A stretch of 64,000 nt of DNA from Hydrolagus colliei (Eukaryota). The position numbers were made by a program, and so were the translations under genes. This document shows positions 25,193 to 37,879 of this stretch, in pieces. The stretch's first letter is position 1, and each line of letters starts with the position of its first letter. The notes under the pieces are model-generated. The model was not told where the DNA came from and did not search any database. It saw nothing but the letters and a program-made list of their open reading frames with translations. Where the stretch lies: NCBI GenBank assembly GCA_035084275.1, contig CM068771.1, positions 2,170,001 to 2,234,000 of the forward strand, in the 5' to 3' direction.

Positions 25193-25392
25193 ATGTTATG
25201 TTAAAAACCTTTTGCTTCCCTCTCCTGATTAGGTTAGCTAGTTTATGTTATGTTAAAAACCTTTTGCTTCCCTCTCTTTTGATATGGTTAGCTAGTTTAT
25301 GTTATGTTAAAACCTTTTGTTTCCCTCTCCTGATTAGGTTAGCTAGTTTATGTTATGTTAAAAACCTTTGCTTCCCCTCTCCTTTGATATGG
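25193..25392. repeat. 51-54 bp tandem repeat x4 with alternating A/B variants
   Basis: Units start at 25193, 25245, 25299, 25350; cores alternate cctgattagg / tttgatatgg. Confidence 0.95.
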
Positions 25393-26139
25393 GATTAGTG
25401 GGTGAGGTAACCGTTTTGTCCATTTGTCTTGTCTGTATAAAGGTTGAAGAAACTCTTAAGGCGAGGTCTGATGTCTGACAGGGGGACATTGGACCCTATA
25501 GGTATACGGGAGTCTGTAATCCTGAATCCTGTATGCGTATAGAACAATAAACTTTGTAGAATTACATCGCATCTTGTTTTCATTGTTTGGAATCAGAATA
25601 ATAATAATAATAATCCTTGCATTTGATATAGCGCTTTCCACATCTTATCAACGTGCCAAAGCGCTTCACAGAATATACTGTAAAGTGAATTGACTGTATA
25701 TATTTGTGGGCGAATTTGTGTCTCATAATAATCATTCATTTGATACTGCGCCTTATCCTGCCACCACGATTGTTATTGAGATCAAGGCCTTTGTACCGTG
25801 TGCAAAAGGACTAGAATTTTAATTCTCTTCCAGTTTTGACAGACATCCAGCGAGTTCAGTTTTCTCATTTTGTCATTTTTACGTGATTTGTAGAATAATA
25901 TAATATTATAAATATAATAAAATAATATTGTAATATAATCGTCCCCAAAAAACTATAAACATTGGTCATTTCAATCCACAACTGTTTGTGGGACACTGCT
26001 GTGCACAATTGGCTGCCGCATTTCGCCCACAAATAGTCAATTAACTTTACAGTATATTCTGTGAAGCGCTTTGAGACATCTAGAAGACATGAAATATCAA
26101 TTATATATCAAATGCAAGGATTATTATTAGTATTATTAT

Positions 26140-26381
26140 TACCTGGTGGCTGTGGCGTTCGGTGACCTGATGGTGGCGATATTTGACGTGATTTTTTATT
26201 GGCTCGGCTATCTCAATTTCCCAGGTTCCTTTCTCAACAGGACCAATATCGTTCTCCTCACCGTGTCCACAGATTGTTCTGTTTGGTTCACAGTGGCTTT
26301 CACATTTGACCGTTTTGTCGCTATCTGCTGCTGTCAAAGACAGAGGAGGCAATATTGCGATGAGAAAACGGCGGCCATAGT
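26140..26381 (+). pseudogene. Fragment of a GPR139/142-like class A GPCR (TM2 to ICL2)
   Basis: YLVAVAFGDLMV...TDCSVWFTVAFTFDRFVAICC...YCDEKTAAIV; DRF motif; both ends abut SINEs. Confidence 0.8.
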
Positions 26382-26659
26382 TTCACCCTGACCTGCCTGG
26401 ATTCAAACACAGGTTTCACGCTTGTAAGGCGAGTGTTCTAACCACTGAGCTACAGGAGCTCAGATGCAGATGACACCCAACTACCTCTCTGCCTCAATCA
26501 ATCAGTCAATCAATCAATCAAAACTTACATTTATATAGCGCCTTTCATGTCGAGAGGACGGCCCAAGGCGCTGTACAGTTGGGTAGGGACAAGAGCAGGA
26601 GGGGGGTGGGTTGGGGCAGGAGGAAGAAGAATAGGAAAATTGACTGTATATTTGTGGGC

Positions 26660-27250
26660 GAAACCTCCATCCTCAATTCCGATGACTTCAGCTTGGATGA
26701 GCACAATGATATTCTTGGACTCACAGAAACCTAGCTCTCGCCCGGTGACCCCAACCCCATTATTGAAGCCCCCCCCCACCCCCTTACACCACACCACACC
26801 CTCCACCCTCACAGCTATACTTTTATTCCCAACCAACCAACATGTCGGCAGGCTGACCTCATCTGCACTCGGTCTATCTTGCCTCCTCCTTTGAGCACCT
26901 CACCCTCTACCATCCGTCCTCCTCTCTCCCTCAAAATCCTCCTAGTTTACCGCCTCCATCCCTCCCACCCCCTCCCCTTTCTAAACATCATGGCTCTTTC
27001 ATCACTGATATCTCCTCTCATCCCTGTCCATCTGCACTGAACACTTGCTCCCAACGGATGAAATCAATCTCCTACACTCCCTATACACCACCTCCTCAGA
27101 TTTCACTGCCCTCCTCCACTCACTGATCCACAGCCGCTCTTCTCATCATCACACACTCCCTAACATTCCAACCTCTTCAATCCGCAATCCACCATCCAGC
27201 TCCACTACTCGACTACCATCAGTCTCCCTCATGCAGTTGGTTCCATTGGC
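26660..27250 (+). mobile_element. Degenerate L2 endonuclease-region fragment
   Basis: C-rich L2-like sequence with LTET-like and GDPN-like remnants. Confidence 0.5.
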
Positions 27251-28090
27251 GGTCACACATTCAGCCACTATGTCCCCAAACTCTGCAACAGTCTCCCTCC
27301 ATCACTCCACCTTGCTTCCTCTCCCACTTTTCAAGTCCCGCCTGAATAAACCTCCCTTTGCTACCTCCCCTTCCCTGCCCCCCCCCCCCCCCTCCCTTAC
27401 ATCCTGTGTGGGGGCACTATTTAACTTTTTGGGGTGGTTGTTATTGTTATGCGTGTCTGTGTATGTTTTTACATTGAAATAATTGGAGAAATGAGATTAA
27501 ATGTCATTTATGAACATGACATAAAATTTGTTTCGAATTTGTGTTTCTCTGTTGTATTTGTGACAGTACCTTATCACGTCACCAAGACATCTCAAAGCCC
27601 ATCACAGGATATACTATAATGTGTAGTGACTTCTGTGCACGGCAGTCAGGGAATAAGTGACCAATTTTATTGATTTATGAAGGGTTTATTACCCCCAGAA
27701 GAGCGATCCGCCAATTAACTAACAAACGGGTTCCTACTTTCTGCTAAGTAAACAGTGTGTGGGTGCGGGAGTAAGGAAACTTGCCCTGACCTGCCCGGGA
27801 ATCAAACCCGAGTCTGTAACCCAGTGCTCTAACCACTGAGCTGAAGGACTCCACAAACGGGGGGATTGATCTGTGAGAGGGAAATGGATAGAGACTTGGG
27901 GAGTCAGTGGATGGACTGACGTATGAGAGGGGGATGTGCGGAGCCTTGAGATGGATTGAAGTAGGAGAGGGAAATGGATGAAGACCTGGGGGGAGCAAGG
28001 GGGTGGATTAAAGTACAAGAGGGAGATATATCGAGCCTTGGTGGGAGCCGGGGGATGGATTGAGATGGGAAAGAGCAAGAGGCGGATCTC

Positions 28091-29016
28091 CTAAATTTCC
28101 CCGACCACGTATCCCAAAATGAAACAGTAGGTGTCGTCCGATTGGCTGTGACGGACGCCCACATCGACTCGCTCCCCGGGGGGGCCGGTGGTGTAGACCC
28201 CCTCCCAGCGTCCGGTCCCTGCAGCGGAGGGGCGGAGCAGAGTGAAACCCCTCCCTCGAACACACACCTGGTGCGAGCCGGGCAGGCGCAAAGCGAAGCG
28301 GACGGTGGAGCGAGGCTTCAAGAGCCCATCGACCGGCTCCATCACTGAGTAGGTCTCCCTCCAGTCGTGGTAGAGTTCGGGGAAGGGACGGGGGTTGGCG
28401 GGCGGGTCGTCGCACGCCAGGAGATACCGGCAGAGAGGAGTGAGGGAGTCTCCCTCTCTGCCCGGCTCCCTGCGGCACACGCTCAGCAGGTAGACGCCTC
28501 TGCCGGGCAAACGGACGTCGAGATTCACCCTGTCGCCGTCGCGCGACATTCGGACGTTCTGGAGGTGGGTGAGGTCGCCCGAGGGGACGGCGTCGTCCGC
28601 GTGGAGCAGACCCTGGATCTCCATCTCCCGGCTCAGCAGAAACGTGAGTCGTGCCGAGCCATCTCGCGACCAGACGAGGGGTCGGGAGTGCGAGGTCTCG
28701 GACAATCCGCGCAGCACAGACAGCCAGTTGTGACCAAGGGCCGAAGGTGGGTGTTTGGGGAGAGTCAACGACGGCCGTTGGCGTCTGCTGCAGATCAGGA
28801 AGTCGCAAACGATGGCTAATTGCCTCCTGACGTCTTCCTGACGTCCGGCGAAGATCTCCAGGCGGAACAGACCCGGCCTGGGGGGGTCCAGGGTGAGAGA
28901 CATCCCTCCCCGCGTCAGCGAGAGAATCCCACAGTCCTCAACCCCCCACAGACGATAGGAGAAAACAATGCTTTTCTCAGTGCCCTCCACACATACCTCA
29001 CCCATCCGCTCGCCAT
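28091..29016 (-). CDS. KY: KY-like protein, terminal exon (C-terminal beta-sandwich repeats); orthology untested
   Basis: gttacag acceptor in phase 1; GC-rich frame to TAA; aligns by eye to the KY C-terminus (GRWEGVYTT...YCFILGYVV). Confidence 0.85.
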
Positions 29017-29226
29017 CTGTAACACACACACACACACACACAAGGGAATCACTATCATTATTGATAATAATGATCGTCGTGTTCGAGGTATTCGTTCAAT
29101 CTTTCAATCATCTTGCACTCACTCGGGTGGGCGGACAGGCGGGGGGGGAGGGAGGGAGGGAGGGCGAGCGAGCGAGTGAGTGAGTGAGGGACTGAGGCTC
29201 CCTCACTCAGTCACTCAGTCAGTCAC

Positions 29227-29264
<38 letters not shown>

Positions 29265-31329
29265 ACTCACTCACTGTCAATGAATTTGATTCAATTCTTT
29301 ACCACATCGTTGAGACATCTCAAAACGCTTCACATGAATTGCTGAAAGGTGTAGTGACTGTGCGTTTAGTGGGTCTTTCACAGCAGCCAACAGACATGCA
29401 GACATACACACTTACACAGACACAAATAGATACAACTATACAGCTATACTGAAGAATTCATACATATATGCACTGAACAACACAATTGAACACAAACACA
29501 TATAACAACAACAACATCTTGGATATATATAGCACCTTCCATGCCAGACGGCATCTCAGAGCGCTTCACAAATTGGATCCCGGGGCCGTGAGGAGGAAAA
29601 GGGTGACCAAAAGGGCGGGAGGAATGAAAAGTCTTCAGGCGTGACCTGAAAATAGGAAAGGATGGGGCGAGGCAAAGGAAGTAGAGTGTAGCTCAGTGGT
29701 TACAGAACTTATCTTACAGGTGTTCGAATCGAGGCAGGTCAAGGTGAAACCGTGGGCAAGTTTCCTTACTCCACACGCCTAATGATAATCCCTCAAAAAA
29801 AATAGGTCATTTCAATCCACGACTGTTTGTGGGACACTGCTGTGCGCAATTGGCTGCCGTGTTTCTCCCACAAAATATACAGTCAATTCACGTTACGGTA
29901 TATTCTGTGAAGCGCTGTGGGACATCTAGAAGACATGAAAAAGCGCTATATCAAATGCAAGGATTGTAGTGAGGAAGGGAGTTCCAGAGCCTCGGGGCAC
30001 AATGGCTGAAGGCACGGCCACCGAAGGTGGAATGGAGGATTCGGGGACAAGGAGGAGGCCAGACCCGGGTGGAGCGAAGGCAGCGGGTGTTGTTGTGAGG
30101 AGAGAGGAGGTCAGAGAGGTAGTGGGGTGCAGAGGAGTGGAGGGATTTGAAAACAAAAGTAAGGATCTCAAAATTGATTCGGTCCGAAGACAGGTAGCCA
30201 GTGAAATCTGGCAAGGACTGGGGTAAGCGGGGTAAACATACTCTATTATGAACGCATATACATACAGAACACACACACCTGAACACAAAATCACACACGC
30301 AAAGAACTATAATAATTCCTGAATTTGTTATAGCACATTATCATGTCTTCGAGATGTCTCAAAACCGTTCATAGAATAAGCGGTAAAGCGTAGGAATAGA
30401 AACTTTTATATCCAAGTTTGCGGATGACACTAAGATAGGAGGCTCTGTGCCTAGTGTAGATGGGAGTAGGAAGTCAGCGTATTCAGGGATATAGGGAGAA
30501 AGTGGGAAATTGGATTTGAAATGATCGTAAAGAAACGGATCAGCCATGATCTAATTAAATGGCAGAACAGACTCGAGGGGCTGAATGGCCCACCCCTGTT
30601 CCTACGTTTGTGTATTTTGCAGGTGAAACGCAATAGCTAATGGCACACAGCAGTGTGCCACAAACAGTCAACGGTTGAGTGATCAAATTATTATTATTAT
30701 TATAATTTTGTAGAGCTATTATTAGCCCCGGAAAACAATTCACCAAACAAGTGTGTTTCCACTTACTGCTACATAAACAGCATGTATGTTGAGTGAGGAA
30801 ACTTATCTTAGATTTTTGTCCTGTTCCATCCAGGAATCAAACTCAGGGCCTCTTGCTTGCGAGGAAAATGCTCAACTAGTACACCCCAGGACTCCGTTCA
30901 TTATAGTAGAGACTATAATTTGTGGATGAAATGTAGCAGCCATTTATTCACAGCAGTGCCCCCAAAAAATATTTATATTATATAATAATGCTGCATTTCA
31001 CCCACGAAACACAGTCACTATGCAGTGTATCTTCTGAAGCACTTTGAGATGTCTCGAAGAACTTGACAAGGCGCTATATCAAATGCAAGGATTATTATTA
31101 TATACCATGCGTGAAAGGGAGTAAGTGTGAGTGAGAATCCACGAGAGAGAGAGAGAATGTGTGAGATAGTGTGAGAGTTGTGTGAGAGGAAGAGTGTGTG
31201 AGATAAAGTGGGTGAGAGAGTGAGATAGAGAACATAAGTGCGATGGGTCGCCGATAGAGAGAGAGATAGAGAGATGAATAATGATGAGAAAAAGAGACAG
31301 AGAGGAATATAAAGGATGGGAACAGTAAC

Positions 31330-31520
31330 CTATGATGATGGTGTTGTCTCGAGGGGAAATGTGGGTCATTCCTAAACTGTGGAAGGTTGGGCGGAGATGG
31401 ACTGAGGTTTGAAACTCTCTCAGCGAGATTGGCGGAGAGACTAATTGCCACTCTTGCTCCAGAGGGAAGTGTTCCTGTAGGAAATGTTCTGGCGACGTCA
31501 GGAAATAAAACTCATTGTAT
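31330..31520 (-). CDS. KY: KY-like exon (YNEFYFLTSPEHFLQEHFP...EWQLV)
   Basis: Not in the ORF track in this frame; phase 2 to 1, ctgtcccag acceptor, G|GTTACT donor; KY hallmark YNEFYFLT..F...HFP...WQL. Confidence 0.9.
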
Positions 31521-32214
31521 CTGGGACAGTGGAGAGAGAGAGAATATTATATTAGTGGGTACCAACCTTCCAAGTTCCCCTTCCCAATAAACGCACCCCT
31601 CACTCATTCCAGCCCTCGCCAGGCTCCACTGGCTCCTATCCCACACACTAAACTCCACACACCTCTCTCCAGTCCTTACAAGGCTCCACTAACTCCCTGT
31701 CACACACACCAAATACTATTCCACCATCACCCCTGTCCTCGACAGGCTATCAAGCGATACAACCTGGTTTGTTTCACAGGCAGTGTAAAACCTTAGGCAA
31801 GTTTCCTTAAGAATAATTCATTCCTAATTGCGTTTGATACATTCAATCATGATAACACATCTCTCTCTTTCTCTCGCATTCTCTTATGCGATCCCTCTCT
31901 CACACACTCTTCCCCCATCGGTAGCATATCCGTATCTGCTATCGGTAACAACTATAATAATAATCCTTACATTTATATAGCGCTTTCCACATCTTATCGA
32001 CGTCTCAAAGCGCTTCACTGAATACAACAACGTCCCAAGGCAGAGACCAGAGAGGGGTCGGGGTAGAGGGAATGAGAGCAGAAAAAACGACTGTATAGTT
32101 ATGGGCAAAACGCGGCAGCCAAATTGCGCACGCCAGTTTCCCACAAGCAGTCACTCCCCTTTGCGAATGCATATTGGCTACCGTTTACGATTTAGTTTCA
32201 GATTTCAGATTTTA

Positions 32215-32690
32215 TTCCTTTAGTTTTATCCTCCAGAACTTTACCCACAACGAAAGTCAAACTTTCCTCGTCTGTAGTTTCCTCGTCTTACCTTTCTTAA
32301 AAATAGGGGTTTTTAAAACCATCTGCCTTTCTCCAATCCCGGGAACCTCTCCCGTATTCAGCCCTTCTTGAAAGACTTGTGCCCGCGTTTCCGCGAACTC
32401 CTCCCTATTTCCTTACGTTTTCCTGGAAGCGGTTTAACTGGCCCCTGAGATTAATTTACCTCGTTACGTTTACACAGCTGTTTGGCGAGCAGTGATATGA
32501 ATAATGTCGCAACTTTCCTCTGCAACACTCTTGAATTCTCGTTCCAGATCAGATGGGTTGCCCGTCTCCTCGTTGATCAATATCGACGCAAAAAATTCGC
32601 TTGGCACTTTTACAGCAGTATTATTTGCCGTGTTCTCTCCTGAACTCGGCTGCAGGGGCCCTAGTCCATTGCTTACTAACCCTAGGAACT
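32215..32690 (-). mobile_element. Degenerate CR1 ORF2 fragment in a KY intron
   Basis: EFFASI; LNTGEVPG-WRKA; PIFKKGK motifs with frameshifts. Confidence 0.75.
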
Positions 32691-32885
32691 CAAAATTGTT
32701 ATATCAAATGATATATTAAATGCAGGATTTGTTATTCTTATTGTTGCTGTTATTGTCAGTAGCGTTATTATTGTGTTTACTTTTATTATTATTAATATTC
32801 TTATGGATATTGTTGTTATTTGTGTCGTTAGTGGTATTATTATGGCTGCGATTAATATTATTATTAATAACGGTATAACCTGTAC

Positions 32886-33077
32886 CTGCTGTGAAAGGTC
32901 TTCGTCTCGCGGTTCACTTCTCCTGATCCCCAGCAGGAATCGATCAGGAACCAGCGTCCCCCGATCTCCACGGAGTTCCAGACGTGTTCGGGGGCACGAG
33001 AGGTAAACGTGTCTCCTGTCTGGTATCCCAACCCCTTACAGTAGCCCACCACCTCCTCGCATCTCAGCCCGGCCACT
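32886..33077 (-). CDS. KY: KY-like exon with catalytic His and Asp
   Basis: Phase 2-2; GYCKG...EHVWNSVEIGGRWFLIDSCWGSG. Confidence 0.9.
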
Positions 33078-33562
33078 CTGCGTGAATGCAACGAGAACAA
33101 ACAACAGCGTGTGTAGTCCCGTGGCTCAGCGGTGAGAGCACTCGCCTCACGAGCAAAGAGGACCTGGGTTCAGTTCCATTCGTCCCATGTCTCCAAAGTC
33201 TCCATCCATCTCCCTCTCGCACCTCAATCCACCCTCTGGGCCAGTATATACCGCAAAGTGCTTTGAGACGTCTCAAGGATGTGATCGGGCATCGTATCAA
33301 ATGGAAGGATTATCGTATTAGATTCTCCCTCCGCACATTCGCTCTCAATCTATGACCGCGCGTGGGACGATCGACCGTCGGGGAGTCGACAATCTACGAC
33401 TTTGTCAGCGAAACGCAGATCCAAGGGTGCGCGGTCGCCATTGTTGTGGGGCCCTGCAGCTCAGTGGTTTGAGCCACTCGTCTTTACGGGCGAAAACCTT
33501 GGGCGAGTTTCCTTACTCCACACGCCCGATAATAATTCCTCAAAATGAAACAATAGTCATTT

Positions 33563-33701
33563 NNNNNNNNNNNNNNNNNNNNNNNNNNNNNNNNNNNNNN
33601 NNNNNNNNNNNNNNNNNNNNNNNNNNNNNNNNNNNNNNNNNNNNNNNNNNNNNNNNNNNNNNNNNNNNNNNNNNNNNNNNNNNNNNNNNNNNNNNNNNNN
33701 N
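33563..33701. other. Assembly gap (N run)
   Basis: N characters. Confidence 1.
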
Positions 33702-34335
33702 ATGTGTCCTTGTAAGTCTATGTGTGTATGTGTCACTCTCAGTGTTGCCTCTCTCAGTGTGTGTGCGTGTGTCTCTCAGTCTGTCACTGTGTGTCTCTAT
33801 CTCAGTGTGTCTCTCTATATGTCTCTCTCAGTGTGTCTCTCTATATGTCTCTCTCAGTGTGTCTCTCTCAGTATGTGTGTCTCTCTCACTCTCTCAGTAT
33901 GTGTGTGTCTCTCGGTCTGTCTCTGTGTGTCTCTCTCCGTCTCAATGTGTCTCTCTCAGTGTATGTCTCTCAGTATGTGTCTCTCAGTGTGTGTGTCTCT
34001 TTCACTCTCTCAGTGTGTGTCTCTATCTGTGTGTGGTTCTCTGTCACGCGTGTGGGTGTCTCTCTCTCTTATTCTCTCAGTTTGTGTGTGTCCCGATCTC
34101 TGTGTGTGACTCTGTGTGTGTTTGTGTCTCTATCTCATTGGGTGTCTCTGCGTCACCTAATTGCCCAACAGACTTCTCATTCTGATCTACCTCACTCCGA
34201 TCCCTCGCCAGGGTTTCTGGCCTCTCTGTCTCTCTCTGAGTGTATGTCTCCCTGAGTTTCTTTATGTGTGTCTCCCTATGTGTGTGTTATCTCTCTCTCT
34301 CTCTCTCTCAGTGTGTCTCTCTGAGTTTGTTTGTG
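33702..34335. repeat. TG/TC low-complexity tract
   Basis: ctctcagtgtgtgt-type degenerate repeats. Confidence 0.9.
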
Positions 34336-34339
34336 TGAG

Positions 34340-34775
34340 TTTAAGATCCTCTTCCTCACCTACAAGGCCTTACACGGCCTTGCCCCATCCTACCTAACCG
34401 ATCTACTCTCCCCCTACACGCCCACCCGGACCCTCCGTTCAACAGGACTTGTCCTGCTCCAAGCCCCCCACCCGAACCGCCCCACCATCGGAGGCCAGGC
34501 CTTCAGTTTCTCCGCTCCCACCTTATGGAATGCCATCCCTCAATCCCTCCGTTTCGCCTCTTCCCTCCCTTTCCTCTTTCAAGGCCGGTTTGAAGACTTT
34601 CCTCTTCGATCGTGCCTTTTGTTCCCCACCCCCCGAACTCTTTGACCTCCCCTTCGTGTCTCACCCCTTCCCAAACACTCCCCTCCCAGCTCGGGTCACA
34701 CGCCTCCTGTTCAGCGCCTTGGGACGTCCTCCCGACATGAAAGGCGCTCTATAAATGTAAATTGTTGTTGTTGTT
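34340..34775 (+). mobile_element. L2 3' fragment
   Basis: FKILFLTYKALHGLAPSYL followed by the L2 tail; close to the copies at 41.7 and 57.4 kb. Confidence 0.85.
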
Positions 34776-35307
34776 GTGTGTCCATGTGTCTGTGTGTGTA
34801 CGTGTGTGTCTCTCTCTCTCTCTCTTTGAGTGTGTGTGAACAACAACAACAACAACCACGACGACGAACTTCCACTTGTATAGAGACAGCGCCTTTCACG
34901 TCAGGAGTACGTCCCAAGGCATGCGACTGTCATCGTTTCAGGCCTGAGCCGGGGAGGGTGGAGGGACAGGGGGGGTGGGGGTTTGGGGTGACCGATGGCA
35001 CTGTCGAAGAGGAGGGTCTTGTGGTGGGACTTGTAGGAGGCCAGGGAGAGAGAGAGGAGGAGAGACTGTGCGATAGAGTTCCAGAGGTTGGGGGCAGAGT
35101 GGCTGAAGGCCAACGGTGGGGCGGATGGATCAGGGGATGTGGAGCAGGCCGGAGCCTTCCGAACTAAGGGGGGGCGGGCAGGTTGGTAAGAGGTTAGGAG
35201 GTCACAGGTGTAGAGTGGGGGCTTTAAATGTGAGGACCAGAGATGGGGCCAGGAGGCTTGGTGAATGAGTTAAGTACTCACTGTCTCTCTCTCTCTCTCT
35301 CACTGAC

Positions 35308-35425
35308 CTGCACATGGCTGAGAACAGCCTCGCGTAGCCGGAGCAGACAGTCTTGCCTGTTTGCAGGATGTTTTGTAGTGACCTGTCCTCTCTCTGTGCC
35401 GAGTGACGGACGTCCGTGTCAAACC
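35308..35425 (-). CDS. KY: KY-like exon with catalytic Cys
   Basis: Phase 1 to 2; FDTDV...LQTGKTVCSGYARLFSAMC; AG|GTCAGT donor. Confidence 0.9.
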
Positions 35426-35697
35426 CTGCGACGCAGAAAAACACTGTTAACGGACTTCTCCGCCAGGCCTCTCACACTTCAATCCAACCCCCTGACTCTC
35501 CACCCCACCCACCCACCCCCCCCCCCCCCCACTCCCACCCAAGTCACTATCCATCTCCATCTCACACCTCAATCCATCCACATGTGGAGTTTTGTAACTC
35601 AACCACAATAACAAAATTACATTTGATAAGCGCCTTGCACATCAGGAGGATTCCCAAATTACTGGGCGTTCAGTGCGACGGACTCGAGCAAGGGGTT

Positions 35698-35887
35698 GGG
35701 ATCGGGGAGAGGGGAGGGCAGGGATCGGGGAGAGTGGAGGGCAGGGATCGGGAAGAGTGGAGGGGCAGGGATCGGGGAGAGTGGAGGGCAGGGATCGGGG
35801 AGAGTGGAGGGGCAGGGATCGGGGAGAGTGGAGGGCAGGGATCGGGGAGAGTGGAGGGCAGGGATCGGGGAGAGTGGAGGGCAGGGC
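35698..35887. repeat. 23-24 bp G-rich minisatellite x8 (agggcagggatcggggagagtgg)
   Basis: Eight gggatcggg cores counted, expanded within an L2-tail repeat. Confidence 0.95.
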
Positions 35888-36666
35888 ATGGGAGGGGGTT
35901 GACCAAAGGCACGATCGAACAGGAAGTACCTGAGCCACGTCTTGAAAGAGGAGAGGGATGTGACGACGGGAGAGACTACGGGATGGAGTTTCAGAGTGGC
36001 CTGGGTTAAATTCCAGGGCAGGTCAGGGCGAAACCTCAGACGAATGTGTGTGGAGTAAAGTTTCATTAGTCCACACATTCACACTCACACCTCGTAAACT
36101 AGCAGTAAGTAGGCTCCCGCTTGTTAGGCGATGGGTGGATTGCTTTCTGGGAGTAACAATCCTTTCAGAATAATAATAATCGTACACAATCGTCCGCCAC
36201 ATTTTCGCCCACAAACACAGTCAATTCATGAGAGACCTGGCTTCGAATCCAGGCAGGGCCGAAATCTTGCGCAAGTTTCCTCGCTCCACACGCCTGATAA
36301 TAATCCCTTTTCTTAAAAAAAATTACTCTTTTCAATCACGTCTGCGTGCGATTGGCTGCCGCAATTCGCTTCACGTATACTCTGTGACGTGAAAAGCGCC
36401 GTATTGATTGTTTGCAAGGATTGTTGGACGCAAATGTTTTGCGGGGGAAACACAGAGGCCAATTTCTCACGGCAACGTCTCGGAAACAGTTGTGAATTGA
36501 GTGACCAGGTTACCCCTCTTGCCTTTCTCGGGTCCCGTCCTGACTGATCAGCGTCTTGGGACGTCCTCCTGACGTGACAGACACTCTATCAATGTCAATG
36601 TCATTTTGTTGTTATCTAACCACTATAGTCCACACGAGATGCGGAGGAGAAGGGAAGGTTGCTCAC

Positions 36667-36775
36667 CAATGTGACTACAAACCCATATCCAGATAACCCT
36701 CACTCTCTCCACGTCACTCCCAGCTGCTGTCAGCAAAGAGTTAGTCAGAACTTTAATACTCTGCTGGGCTCGGAC
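36667..36775 (-). CDS. KY: KY-like exon (VRAQQSIKVLTNSLLTAAGSDVERVRVIWIWVCSHI)
   Basis: Phase 0 to 1; ctcacgcag acceptor, G|GTGAGC donor; matches the KY EKVRAIWxWxCHHI motif. Confidence 0.9.
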
Positions 36776-36861
36776 CTGCGTGAGAGAGAAACGCACACAT
36801 ATATCAACTCAATCTCCCCCTTATCTCATAGTCACTACACCAAACTGTATGTTTCTGTTTG

Positions 36862-36899
<38 letters not shown>

Positions 36900-37504
36900 T
36901 GAAACAGAGTGTGTGTCAGAGTGTGTTTGAGAAAGAGAGTGTGAGAAAGTGTGACGGAAAGTCAGAGAAAGCGAGTCAGAGTTAGAGAGAGTCGGAATCC
37001 AAGTTGTTGTTGTTGCTGTCAGCAGTGTCCTGAGACCTGTCTGGCTAAATCTCAAATCAACTCTACCCTATTAAGCCCTCACACTCTTTATTTCAGCCTG
37101 TGTTAATCACACCATAAACCGCAGCTAAATATACCTGCCCCTATACTTGTATAATGTCTGCTAACCCAACATACCAGACAGGCAGAGAGAGAGAGAGTGT
37201 GTGTGAGAGAGAGAGAGAGAGAGAGGCACACACACACACACACACACACTGAGAGACTGGTAGGGAGAGACACACCGATAGTGAGAGAGCTAGACACACA
37301 CACACACAGCGTGAAAGAGACACGTACACAGACAGAGACACACGCAGGGTGTGTGAGACACACACGCACTAAAGGGAGACATACAAACACACTGAGAAAG
37401 AGGGAGAGAGAGAGAGAGACGCAGAGAGAGAGACAAACATAGAGGAAACGTGCAAACAGGGGCAAAGAGACACACACGGAGGGTGTGAGTGTGTCAGCAC
37501 TCAC

Positions 37505-37601
37505 AGTTCTGGCGTGTTGATCCACACTCGCTAACAGCGACAGATCCGGGATCAAATCCTGTTTTTTCCCAAAAGGTCTCATTTCCAAATATTCCTGCTT
37601 C
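37505..37601 (-). CDS. KY: KY-like exon (KQEYLEMRPFGKKQDLIPDLSLLASVDQHART)
   Basis: Phase 2 to 0; cctactcag acceptor, T|GTGAGT donor; in frame with the next exon. Confidence 0.7.
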
Positions 37602-37879
37602 CTGAGTAGGGATCAAGAAAGGAGGTGTAGAGAGAGAGAGAGAGAGAGAGAGCGGGGGGTAGAGGGTGCGTGTTTGTGTGGGTGGGAGGGGTGGGTGGGG
37701 GGGGGGGGTGTAGTGAAAATAATAATGGCTTTCCAGAGTAAAAATCCCTCGAAAGATAAAAATAATAATATGATCCCTCAACCCACGACAGTTTCTGGGA
37801 CGCTGCTGTGCGCAATTGGCTGCCGCGTTTCACCCACAAAACACATGGTTCACTACACTTTACAGCGTAGCTGGTGAAA

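Noticed and set aside
25193-25392. CRISPR-like periodicity
   Set aside because: No unique spacers, vertebrate context, no cas genes.
32470-32690. Coding-looking frame LVSNGLGPLQP...EFFASI as an extra KY exon
   Set aside because: Continuous with CR1 ORF2 motifs, and the KY exon phases already join without it.
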